Part shown: one piece after another, positions 49,870 through 59,078 of the stretch | Layout of the letters: the number at the start of each line of letters is the position of its first letter | How positions within the stretch are numbered: position 1 is the first letter of the stretch | Assembly (NCBI GenBank): GCA_963813715.1 | Contig: CAWFAK010000005.1 | Coordinates: 896,001 to 960,000, forward strand | Reading direction: 5' to 3' | DNA length: 64,000 nt | Origin: an uncultured Planctomycetaceae bacterium | Lineage (GTDB): Bacteria > Planctomycetota > Planctomycetia > Planctomycetales > Planctomycetaceae | Program-made: the position numbers and the translations under genes | Notes under the pieces: model-generated | Seen by the model: the letters and a program-made list of their open reading frames with translations, nothing else | The model's database searches: none | What the model was told of the DNA's origin: nothing

Positions 49870-50016
49870 CGGTGCTCGATTCAAAATGAGTCCAGGGTTC
49901 GGGTCAAATCGCCGGTCCGACCAGGGACCCTCGGCGCGATGGCTTGTCAACCCGGGACATTTCCGTCGACCCGGGACTGGGAACTCACACAAACCGGCCC
50001 GCGGTGCTGGCGAATC

Positions 50017-51062
50017 TTAGGGCGCCAGCGGTCCCGAGGAAAAATTGGTGATGTTATCGCGCTCTCCCGAGCGCGTTCCGACCAACAGGCCCTTGGGATC
50101 GCCCTGACTCGTATTCGCCACCGGTGCCCGTAAGCGCTGGTCGAAGCCGGGCGAAATAATCTGAAAGGAGTTGGGGTTCCAGGGCGGCGAAGGGACTCGA
50201 CGTGGTGGATCCGTTCGGGCCTTGCCGGTAGACGTCGGTAAACGTCGGCTCCAAGGGAGGGCTGGCCGGCAGCTCGTTGGTGACGTCGTAACCCTGCCCG
50301 TCGTAGCTGCTGAGATAGAGATAGGGCTGACTCTGCCCGGGAAGCGTGTCCTTGTAGGTGTTCATCGTATGCGGCAGCGAGCCGCCCGATGGCGGCTTAG
50401 CGGAACAGGCGGCTCGCGTCGAACTCCGTGAAGCGTTCGCGGTTGGTGCCGACCACGGTGCGGATCGTCGCGTGCCGTTCCATCACAGTGACACCGAAGG
50501 GATCAGCAGGATTCGTGCGAAAACCCCGCCGGCGCTCCGCCGAACCGAGCAGCGGGTTAGTTGTGTTGGTCGGATTCTGGTAAGGCGACGGAACGCCGCC
50601 CAGGAAGAAGACGAGGCACTCCGACTCCGGTCAGCGGGATCGCCCCGGCTGAGGGTGTCGTCGTAAGCCGTCGCCGGTGAAGTTGCCGTCGCCGTTGATG
50701 TCGATCTGGCCCCCTTCGGCCGCGTAGGTGAAGTCGAATTGCGGCCAGATCTGGCGGATGATCCCCATCGAACGCGGGTCGCTGTTCCAGCCGGAGGCCT
50801 GCTCATAGAGCGTGATGCGGCTCGGCGGCTCGACGCTGAATCTTTGCTTGAAGGCGGCAATTCCCTTGCCGAGGTCGCTGATGTCGACGCCGACCTGGGC
50901 GTTGCGGGCCTTGATGTTGGCCGAGCCGGCCACGGTCAGGATCAGGCTGGCGAGGATGCCGATGATGGCAATGGCGATCAACAGCTCGAGCAGCGTGAAG
51001 GCTGCCGGAGCACGGCGGGGGCGGGCCGGGCGACGGGAGCGCCCCGGGGCAGAGCATTGCAT
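50017..51062 (-). CDS. Prepilin-type (GspG-like) protein; frameshifted
   Basis: AAFTLLELLIAIAIIGILASL, IDINGDG, ECLVFFLGG, PYLYLSS, FQIISPG; C-terminus DNITNFSSGPL. Confidence 0.85.
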
Positions 51063-51250
51063 GGGCGGCAGACTCCTTCTGGGTCCAAGTTTCAGGGGCC
51101 CGTTGGCCAGGTTAACGCGCGGTTTTTGCTGCCGATGCTTAGGCCACCGCGAGTTTTGGAAACAACGGGAACCCAGAACGCTGGGACGAGCCGTGAACGT
51201 TCGCTTTTTCGGACTTTGGATACACGCTTGGGACGGACTGACCTGGCCCG

Positions 51251-52507
51251 TCAGGCCAGGCTGTTCAGCAGCTTGATCAGCGGCATGAACAGGGCGATGA
51301 CGATAAAGCCGACGATGAGGCCGAGGATCACGACCATCATCGGTTCGAGCAAGTTGATCAATCCTTCGACGAGGACCGAGACTTCCTCGTCGTAGACGTC
51401 GGCCACCTTGTAGAGCATGGTATCGAGCGCGCCGGTTTCCTCGCCGACGTCGACCATGTTGACCACGAGGTCGTCGCATACGCGGGATTCCTTCAGGGGG
51501 ACCGCCATCGATTCCCCTTCACGGATGGCCGCGTAGATATTGTCGAACGCCCGCCGGAACACGGCGTTGCCGGCCGTGTCGCGAGCGATGATCAACGCCT
51601 CCAGGATGGGCACGCCGGAAGAAATGAGTGTGCCCAAAGTCCGCGCCGTGCGGGCGACCGTCGATTTCTCGACGATCTTCCCCAGGACGGGAATCTTGAG
51701 CAGGATCTTGTCGCAGATGTACTCGCCCATCTTGTTCTTGCGGATGATCTTCAACAACAACCAGAAGGCGATCGGAATCACGGGGATCAGGTACCAGTAA
51801 TCGACCACCAGGTCCGAAATGTAAATCAGCCAGATGGTGATCGAGGGGAGCTCGATGCCGAAGTCCGCGAAGATCTTTTTGAACTTCGGAATGATCCAGT
51901 ACATGATGAAGCCGACGATGCCCGTCGCCACCGTGATGACGGCGATCGGGTAGATCATGGCGCCCTGGACTTTGCGCTTCAGGCTTTGGGAGCGCTCCTT
52001 GAATTCGGCCAAGCGTTGCAGAATGATTTCGAGCGCACCGCCCGCTTCACCCGCCTTGACCATGTTGACGTAGAGGTTGTCGAAGGCCTTGGGCTGCTTG
52101 GCCATCGCCTCTGACAGCGTGCTGCCCGATTCGATGTCTTCAATCACGCCGATGAGCGAGTTCTTCAGCGGTCCAGGCTTGGATTGTCCCTCGAGAATCC
52201 GCAGGCTGCGAAGAATCGGCAGGCCGGCGTCCTGCAGCGTCGAAAGCTGGCGGGTGAAAGTGCACAGCTGCTTGGGGCGCACGCCGCCGATCGAGAACGT
52301 CGTCTTCTTCTTGGCGGCCTTCTTCTTTTGTTCGACGCTGGTCTTGCCTCCCTTGGTCTTGGTGGAGCGACCCTTCTCCTGGATCTTGGTGACGAAGAAG
52401 CCCTTTTCCTTGATCTTCTGTTGGGCTTCCGCCTCGGACCCGGCGTCGATCGTTTCCTTGATCTCGAGGCCGGTGTTGTCCATCGCCTCGTACTGATAGG
52501 TTGGCAT
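51251..52507 (-). CDS. pilC: Type IV pilus/T2SS inner-membrane platform protein (PilC/GspF)
   Basis: FTRQLSTLQDAGLPI, YVNMVKAGEAGG, GAMIYP, VGEETGAL, LLEP; intact ORF. Confidence 0.95.
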   Translation of the reverse strand: MPTYQYEAMDNTGLEIKETIDAGSEAEAQQKIKEKGFFVTKIQEKGRSTKTKGGKTSVEQKKKAAKKKTTFSIGGVRPKQLCTFTRQLSTLQDAGLPILRSLRILEGQSKPGPLKNSLIGVIEDIESGSTLSEAMAKQPKAFDNLYVNMVKAGEAGGALEIILQRLAEFKERSQSLKRKVQGAMIYPIAVITVATGIVGFIMYWIIPKFKKIFADFGIELPSITIWLIYISDLVVDYWYLIPVIPIAFWLLLKIIRKNKMGEYICDKILLKIPVLGKIVEKSTVARTARTLGTLISSGVPILEALIIARDTAGNAVFRRAFDNIYAAIREGESMAVPLKESRVCDDLVVNMVDVGEETGALDTMLYKVADVYDEEVSVLVEGLINLLEPMMVVILGLIVGFIVIALFMPLIKLLNSLA

Positions 52508-52603
52508 GCCTGTCTCCGCCTGCTGAATCGAGCCCTCTGCCTGTTCCCATTTCGATTCGCGATGCGTTTGTGCGAAGTACGAAGTCCGAGCGATTTGCGC
52601 TCG

Positions 52604-54316
52604 TCACTCGACGTCTTCCATGACGGTCTCGCGCACCACTTCGTCGATCGTCGTCACTCCGTCAAAAATCAGCTTGAGGCCCGACTCCCGCAGGGTGGTC
52701 ATTCCCTGGGTGCGGGCGAAATTTCGAATATCGTCGACTGACGCGTCCGAGGTGATCATGTCGCGAACGTCGTCGTTGATCTCCAACAATTCGTAAAGGC
52801 CGGTGCGGCCCTTGTAGCCCGAGTTGTTGCACCGGGCGCAGCCCTTACCGTAATAAAAGCCGTATTGCCGGGCCTGGTCGATGGGCAACTGCAACTCCAT
52901 CAGGAGTTCGTCGCTAGGCTCGAACTCGGTGCGGCACTCCGTGCAAATCTTGCGGACAAGTCGCTGTGCAAGAATGGCTTCGAGAGTCGCCGTGATCAGG
53001 AAGGGTTGCACGCCCATGTCGCGCAGACGCGTGATGGCAGACGGCGCGTCGTTGGTGTGCAGGGTGCTGAAGACCAGGTGCCCGGTGAGCGCGCTTTGAA
53101 TGGCGATTTCCGCCGTCTCGTAGTCGCGGATCTCCCCGACGAGAATCACGTCCGGGTCGTGCCGCAGAATCGCGCGGAGCACGTTGGCGAACGTGACTTC
53201 GATATCGGGATTGACGGGAACTTGAATCAGACCGTCGATTTCGTATTCGATCGGGTCTTCGGTGGTGATGATCTTGGTCGAAACTTCGTTGAGCTCGTTG
53301 AGCGCGGAATAGAGCGTGGTGGTTTTGCCGCTGCCGGTCGGTCCCGTCACCAGCACGATGCCGTTGGGGTTGCGAATGATCTGGCGGAAGCGCCGCAGGA
53401 TGGTCGCGTCCATGCCGATCTTCTGCAAGTCGAGCTGCACGACCGTGCGGTCGAGCACTCGCATGACCACCGACTCGCCAAACATCGTGGGGAGCACGCT
53501 GACGCGGAGGTCGACCGGGTTGCCGCCGACGTTGAGCTCGATTCGGCCGTCCTGCGGCAGCCGCCGCTCGGCAATGTCGAGCTCCGCCATGACCTTGATA
53601 CGCGTGGTGATTGCGTTGGCCAGATGCCGCGGGGGCGGCACCATCTCGTACAGTACGCCGTCGGCACGAACGCGGATCTTGAACTCATCCTCGAAGGGCT
53701 CGAAGTGGATGTCGCTCGCCTGGTCCTTGATCGCCAGGAGGAGCACCATGTTGAGCAGCTTGCGGACGGGTGCGGCCGACGCGATTTCCTCGTCCGACGC
53801 CAGGTCGAAGGCGGCCTCCTCCTCATCGCCCTTGTCGAGCCCCGCCTCCTTCAGTTGATCGATCACTTCTTCGATGCTGTCCTGCTTGTCGGCGTAGTGG
53901 CGCTCAATCGCTTGCTCGACGTCGGCAAGGTTCGAGACGGCCCCCCGCACGTCGTAACCGAGAAAGTTGCGCAGGTCGTCCAGTGCGGCCACGTTCTGCG
54001 GGTCGGCCATCGCGACGGTGAGCACGTTGTTCTTGAGCGAGACGGGCATGATCTTGTAGATGTCTGCCATCGTCTGTGGCACGATTTCCAGCACGTTGGG
54101 CGGGATGTTCGTCTCCGCCAGGCTGACGACCGGCATGCCCCATTGCTCAGCGAGGGCTTCGGTCACCTGCGCCTCGGTGACGAGTCCCATGCGGATCGCC
54201 ACCTGCCCGATGATTTCCCCGGGACTTTGCTTCTGCTCTTCGAGCACGTCCCAGAGCTGGTCCTCGGTGAGATACCCGAGGTCGACCAGGATTTGCCCCA
54301 GACGTCTCTGTGCCAT
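52604..54316 (-). CDS. pilB: Type IV pilus assembly ATPase (PilB/GspE), copy 2
   Basis: N-terminal RLGQILVDLG, ASDIHFEP, GPTGSGKTTT, EDPIEY, DPDVILVGEIRD, TGHLVFSTLH, tetra-Cys motif. Confidence 0.95.
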   Translation of the reverse strand: MAQRRLGQILVDLGYLTEDQLWDVLEEQKQSPGEIIGQVAIRMGLVTEAQVTEALAEQWGMPVVSLAETNIPPNVLEIVPQTMADIYKIMPVSLKNNVLTVAMADPQNVAALDDLRNFLGYDVRGAVSNLADVEQAIERHYADKQDSIEEVIDQLKEAGLDKGDEEEAAFDLASDEEIASAAPVRKLLNMVLLLAIKDQASDIHFEPFEDEFKIRVRADGVLYEMVPPPRHLANAITTRIKVMAELDIAERRLPQDGRIELNVGGNPVDLRVSVLPTMFGESVVMRVLDRTVVQLDLQKIGMDATILRRFRQIIRNPNGIVLVTGPTGSGKTTTLYSALNELNEVSTKIITTEDPIEYEIDGLIQVPVNPDIEVTFANVLRAILRHDPDVILVGEIRDYETAEIAIQSALTGHLVFSTLHTNDAPSAITRLRDMGVQPFLITATLEAILAQRLVRKICTECRTEFEPSDELLMELQLPIDQARQYGFYYGKGCARCNNSGYKGRTGLYELLEINDDVRDMITSDASVDDIRNFARTQGMTTLRESGLKLIFDGVTTIDEVVRETVMEDVE

Positions 54317-54549
54317 GCGCCTCGGACTCCGACGACGGGGACGTCGTCTCGCGGACTTTAGTTCGTCGCGGGAACAAAACCCGCGGCTCGATCTTCGGTT
54401 CGACGACCGGTGGGAATTGACCGGGATCTCGGTGAACTCGACGGCAGCCACGCCGAAGGCCGGTCCAACCGGCTTTCGCCGCGCGTCACGCGGTCTCGTT
54501 CATCTTTTCGCCACGCTTGTATTTGCCACTCGTTAGCGGAATCGGGCCT

Positions 54550-55674
54550 TTAATCTTCGTCCTCTTCGACCTCTTCATCTTCTCCGGATTCATCGTCAAA
54601 GAGTCCGCGCTTGGCACGTTCCAACTTCGCCTTGAGTTCGCCCGGATGATTGGACTTCATCACGATGTCCTGCTCTTCGACCAAGCCGTTCTTCCACAGG
54701 TTGAACAGTGCGTCGTCGAGCAGCTGCATGCCGAATTTCCGCCCCGTCTGGATCGACGAGTTGATGCGGTATGTCTTGTTCTCCCGGATCAGGTTGGCGA
54801 TGGCCGGCGTCACCACCAGCATCTCGTAGGCGGCCACGAGCCCCTTGGGCTTGCGCGGCAACAGGGCCTGACTGAGGATGCCGATGATCGACGTCGACAG
54901 CTGCGTCCGGATCTGCTCCTGCTGACTGGTCGGGAAAACGTCGATGATCCGGTCGACCGTGCCTTGGGCACCGGTCGTGTGCAGCGTGCCGAATACTACG
55001 TGTCCCGTCTCGGCAGCGGAAATGGCGGCCGAAATCGTCTCCAGGTCGCGCATTTCTCCGACCAGGATCACGTCGGGGTCCATTCGCAGCACGCGACGCA
55101 GCGCCTCGGGGAAACTCGGCACGTCGACGCCGATCTCCCGTTGGTTGATCATCGATTTCTTGTGTTGGTGGTAGTATTCGATCGGGTCTTCGATCGTGAT
55201 GATGTGATGATCGTGGTTGTTGTTGAGCCAATTGATCATGCTGGCGAGGCTGGTCGTCTTGCCGCTTCCAGTCGGACCGGTGACCAGGAACAGGCCGCGA
55301 GGCCGGGTGATCACGTCTCGGACGGCTGCAGGCAGCCCGAGTTGCTCGAAGGTGAGGAAGTCGCGCGGGATCTGCCGCAGCACCATCGCGATGTGACCGC
55401 GCTGTTTGAAGACAGACACGCGGAAGCGGGCTTTATCGCCGTAGGCAAAGCCGAAGTCGGTCCCCCCAACTTCTTGCAATTCCTGCTGGTTGCGTTCGGG
55501 CGTGATGCTCTTCATCAGCGCCGTGGTGTCCTCGGGTCCGAGGGTCTTGGTCTCGAGCCGAACCAGGCGACCGTGCCGCCGCACGCACGGCGGTTGGCCG
55601 GTCGTGATGTGCAGGTCGCTGGCCCCCTCCTTGACCACCGTTTCGAGCAGTTTGTCGATTTGGATTGTGGGCAT
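54550..55674 (-). CDS. pilT: Type IV pilus retraction ATPase PilT
   Basis: ASDLHI, GPTGSGKTTS, TIEDPIE, QREIG, DPDVILVGEMRD, AAETGH, AIANLIRE, GMQ. Confidence 0.95.
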   Translation of the reverse strand: MPTIQIDKLLETVVKEGASDLHITTGQPPCVRRHGRLVRLETKTLGPEDTTALMKSITPERNQQELQEVGGTDFGFAYGDKARFRVSVFKQRGHIAMVLRQIPRDFLTFEQLGLPAAVRDVITRPRGLFLVTGPTGSGKTTSLASMINWLNNNHDHHIITIEDPIEYYHQHKKSMINQREIGVDVPSFPEALRRVLRMDPDVILVGEMRDLETISAAISAAETGHVVFGTLHTTGAQGTVDRIIDVFPTSQQEQIRTQLSTSIIGILSQALLPRKPKGLVAAYEMLVVTPAIANLIRENKTYRINSSIQTGRKFGMQLLDDALFNLWKNGLVEEQDIVMKSNHPGELKAKLERAKRGLFDDESGEDEEVEEDED

Positions 55675-55805
55675 TCAGTTCTCGCCGTTGCGGACGCCGG
55701 GCCATTATTGGCACGCGTGTTTCGAAACGCCACTCTCGGAAGGGATGTCACTAGGTAGAAACGCTGAATTGGCCGGCCCTGACTTTTCGGCTCCTCATCG
55801 CTTTC

Positions 55806-57503
55806 TCAGTCTTCGTTAAACTTCTCCAGTCGATAGACTTCTGCCAGTGACGTAAGTCCCTGCAGCGCTTTGTCCTTCGCATCTTCGACAATCGTTTTCA
55901 TGCCGAAGAGCCGAGCTTGGCGTCGGATATTTTGCGTTGGCTCGCTGCGGAAGGTCATTTCGCGGATCGTTGGATTCATGGTCATCAGCTCGAAAACGGC
56001 GATCCGCCCCCGGAACCCCGTATGCTGACAGTGATTACAGCCTTTGCCCCGCACAAACGTGGCGGCGGCCGCCTGATCGGGAGTCACGTCAAAATGATCC
56101 AGCTCGGCCTGATCGGGTCGATATGGCTCTTTGCACTTTGGGCAAACTACGCGGACTAATCGTTGGGCCATTACCGCCATCACGCTGGATGCGACCAGAA
56201 ATGGCTGCACGCCCATGTCGATCAAGCGTGTAATAGAACTGGGCGCATCGTTCGTATGAAGCGTACTAAAAACCAAGTGTCCAGTTAAAGACGCCTGAAT
56301 GGCCATGTCGGCAGTCTCGGCATCTCGAATCTCGCCGACGAGAATCACATTCGGCGCCTGCCGCAGCATGGCACGGATGATCTTGTCAAAGGTCAGGCCA
56401 ATCGATGACCGGACCTCCACTTGGTTGATGCCGGGCAGATAGTATTCGACCGGATCCTCAGCAGTGATGATCTTACGATCAGGTCGGTTCAGCTCGCCCA
56501 GCGCGCTGTAGAGGGTCGTGGTCTTACCGCTACCGGTCGGGCCGGTGACCAGAAAGATGCCGTTGGGTCGGCGAATGATGTTCTGAAAGGTCCTGTACTT
56601 TTCTTCACTAAAGCCGAGGTTCCGGATACCGATCCGGATGTTCTCCCGGTCAAGGATCCGCAGGACGATCGCCTGGCCGTGGTGGGTCGGTAAGATGCTG
56701 ACCCGCATGTCGAACTCACGGCCGGAAATCCGGGTCTTGATCCGGCCGTCCTGGGGACGCCGTTTCTCGGCGATGTCCATGCGGGCCATGATCTTGATAC
56801 GGGAGACAATGGCCCCCAACAGCCGCCGGGGAGGGCTGTCGCGCTCGATTAGCTCGCCATCGATCCGGTAGCGGATGCGAACCCGGTCCTCGAACGGTTC
56901 GACGTGAATGTCGCTGGCACGCATATTCACGGCTTCGCTAAACACCAAGTTCACCAACCTGATGACGGGAGCGCTATCGTCATCCTCGGCGACCATCGCT
57001 TCCGCGGCTTCGGTCTCCGTGAAGTCGATGGCCGTTTCGGTGAATTCTTGGAGCATCGAGTCGACCGACTCGGTTTCGCTCTGGCCGTAATGGCGGTTGA
57101 TGGCCGTTTGAATCGAGTCGACGGGCGAAATGGCGACCTTGATGTCCCGATTCAAGATGAACCGCAGCTTGTCCAGCACTTCGACGGCCATCGGGTCACT
57201 GACCGCCACGAGCAGGGAGTCGTCCTCGAGCGAGAGCGGAATCACCATGTTTTCGCGGGCGACAGACTCGGGCACGAGCTCGATGACCGCCGGCGAAATC
57301 TCGCGTCCGTCGAGATCGATGAACTCGTAGCCGTAGGCGTCCGCCTGGGCTTTGCCGACGATGGCGCCCGACACGTAGCCGAGTCGCACGAGCGCGTCGC
57401 CGACGCCGATGCCCATGTTCGAGGCCATGTCTTCGGCCTCGGAGAGCTGGTCGGCGCTGATGACTCCTTGCTTGACGAGTTTTGCGAGCCAATCGACGGG
57501 CAT
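55806..57503 (-). CDS. pilB: Type IV pilus assembly ATPase (PilB/GspE), copy 1
   Basis: ASDIHVEP, GPTGSGKTTT, EDPVEY, LRQAPNVILVGEIRD, TGHLVFSTLH, CPKC..CNHC. Confidence 0.95.
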   Translation of the reverse strand: MPVDWLAKLVKQGVISADQLSEAEDMASNMGIGVGDALVRLGYVSGAIVGKAQADAYGYEFIDLDGREISPAVIELVPESVARENMVIPLSLEDDSLLVAVSDPMAVEVLDKLRFILNRDIKVAISPVDSIQTAINRHYGQSETESVDSMLQEFTETAIDFTETEAAEAMVAEDDDSAPVIRLVNLVFSEAVNMRASDIHVEPFEDRVRIRYRIDGELIERDSPPRRLLGAIVSRIKIMARMDIAEKRRPQDGRIKTRISGREFDMRVSILPTHHGQAIVLRILDRENIRIGIRNLGFSEEKYRTFQNIIRRPNGIFLVTGPTGSGKTTTLYSALGELNRPDRKIITAEDPVEYYLPGINQVEVRSSIGLTFDKIIRAMLRQAPNVILVGEIRDAETADMAIQASLTGHLVFSTLHTNDAPSSITRLIDMGVQPFLVASSVMAVMAQRLVRVVCPKCKEPYRPDQAELDHFDVTPDQAAAATFVRGKGCNHCQHTGFRGRIAVFELMTMNPTIREMTFRSEPTQNIRRQARLFGMKTIVEDAKDKALQGLTSLAEVYRLEKFNED

Positions 57504-57719
57504 TGGAAGAACCTCGATGCGCCGATGAACGTCGTTGCCGACCGATCCGTGTCGCGCGCGGAGCGCGAATCAGTGGCCTCCGTGAACGCGGCCGCAGTCA
57601 ACGGCAATTCCGGCGCACGGGCGCCTGGGAAATCGGTTGGTCAATCTGCGACCGGAAGCGATCCGCACTCGACGTGAAACACGTTCGTGACGCCCGCCGC
57701 CGAAATGCTTTGGGCCACG

Positions 57720-57735
57720 GCAAGGGAAATGCCCC
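57720..57735 (-). promoter_or_regulatory. Candidate sigma54 (-24/-12) promoter for the pilus locus
   Basis: Minus strand GGGGCATTTCCCTTGC = GG-N10-GC with GGCA and TTGC, about 220 bp upstream of pilB. Confidence 0.35.
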
Positions 57736-57972
57736 GAACGTGACACGCTCGATTTTGATGCGGGCCATCTGAAGTGTCAAGGAGCCATCGACTTCGGATC
57801 GACGGACGAATTCCGCATGGATTGCCGCGCGCGGGAGCGACTGCGTGGTCGCCCCAACTTGCCAACGGGCGACCGGGTTGCCAAACGGATTCGGGCGGCA
57901 TACTCTTGGCCGCGCGTGCGACTTCCAACCCTTCCGGTCAGCGAGTATCCAGACTGAGGGCGACCGTCGATC

Positions 57973-58761
57973 GTGAGCGAAGATCGCTATCGCGATGTGG
58001 CCATCCAAGCGGCGCGCGCCGGCGGCGAAGTGCTGCAGCAATGGTCCAAGCGGTTCACGGTCCGCGAAAAGGGCCCGGCCAACCTCGTGACCGAAGCCGA
58101 CTTCGCTTCGCAGGAGACGATCGTTCGCATTATCTCCGCGCAGTTCCCCGATCACGGCTTTCTGGGCGAGGAGGAACTCGACCGTAGTTCGACCGGTCCG
58201 CCATTCCGCTGGATCATCGACCCGCTCGATGGCACGGCCAACTATGTGCATGGCTTTCCGTATTTCGCCGTTTCGATTGGGCTGGAGTACGCCGGCCAGG
58301 TGATCGTCGGCGTGATTTACGACCCCACTCGTGACGAAATGTTCGTCGCTCAAAAGGGTCGGGGCGCGTGGTTGAACGAAGAGTCGATTCGCCCCTCCGC
58401 CGTTGACGATTTGGGCAAAGCCTTCGTCGTCGCGAGTCTTCCGTCAGCCGTCGATGCCGGCCATCCGTCGGTCGAGCGGCTGTTGCGCGTGCTGCCGCAC
58501 GCCCAAACAGTTCAGCGCACGGGCTCGGCGGCGCTTAACCTGGTTTACGTGGGCTGCGGACGGATCGACGCCTTTTGGTCGACCAGTCTGAAGCCGTGGG
58601 ACGTGGCGGCCGGTTCCTTGATCGTGGTCGAGGCGGGGGGAGCCATCACCAGCACCGGTGGACGCCCGTTCGACATTAATGTGCCCGATCTGCTTGCCAG
58701 CAATGGATCTCCGGTCCACAGCCAGCTAACGGACCTGCTAACCGGCCCACTCGCGTCGTAA
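57973..58761 (+). CDS. suhB: Inositol monophosphatase family protein
   Basis: VTEAD, GEE, WIIDPLDGTANY, RTGSAAL and KPWDVAAG. Confidence 0.92.
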   Translation: MSEDRYRDVAIQAARAGGEVLQQWSKRFTVREKGPANLVTEADFASQETIVRIISAQFPDHGFLGEEELDRSSTGPPFRWIIDPLDGTANYVHGFPYFAVSIGLEYAGQVIVGVIYDPTRDEMFVAQKGRGAWLNEESIRPSAVDDLGKAFVVASLPSAVDAGHPSVERLLRVLPHAQTVQRTGSAALNLVYVGCGRIDAFWSTSLKPWDVAAGSLIVVEAGGAITSTGGRPFDINVPDLLASNGSPVHSQLTDLLTGPLAS

Positions 58762-59078
58762 GGATTATGACGGTCGTACGGCGGAACGGTTGCCAGAGCG
58801 GCTGAACCAGGGCTCCGGTGCTTTTTCGAGGTCGGTCGGGCGACTATCATGGAACTGGGGGCTCTGCGGTCACTTTCCTCTTTAATTGGTGCGGTCCCTC
58901 GACCCACCTTGAGAAGTCGCCGAGCCACACCCTGCTCGTCACCCGCGTCCCCCTGAACTTCGCACGCCCGTCTTTGCGGGGACCGGTCAGCCGCCGTTCG
59001 GCGGAGTTATGCGTCAGTGCCCCGTTCCTGGGGCGGCAGGCAAAAAATCGAAGGCCAGCGAGAACGAGTGTCTCTTAC

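Noticed and set aside
125..51062. Calling the frameshifted genes pseudogenes
   Set aside because: The indels hit conserved genes (scpB, glnE, copA) whose motifs remain intact, which fits sequencing error better than decay
56262..56290. Chromosomal dif site
   Set aside because: Only part of a XerD-like arm matches, the XerC arm is poor, and the site is inside a CDS; kept only as an unexplained anomaly
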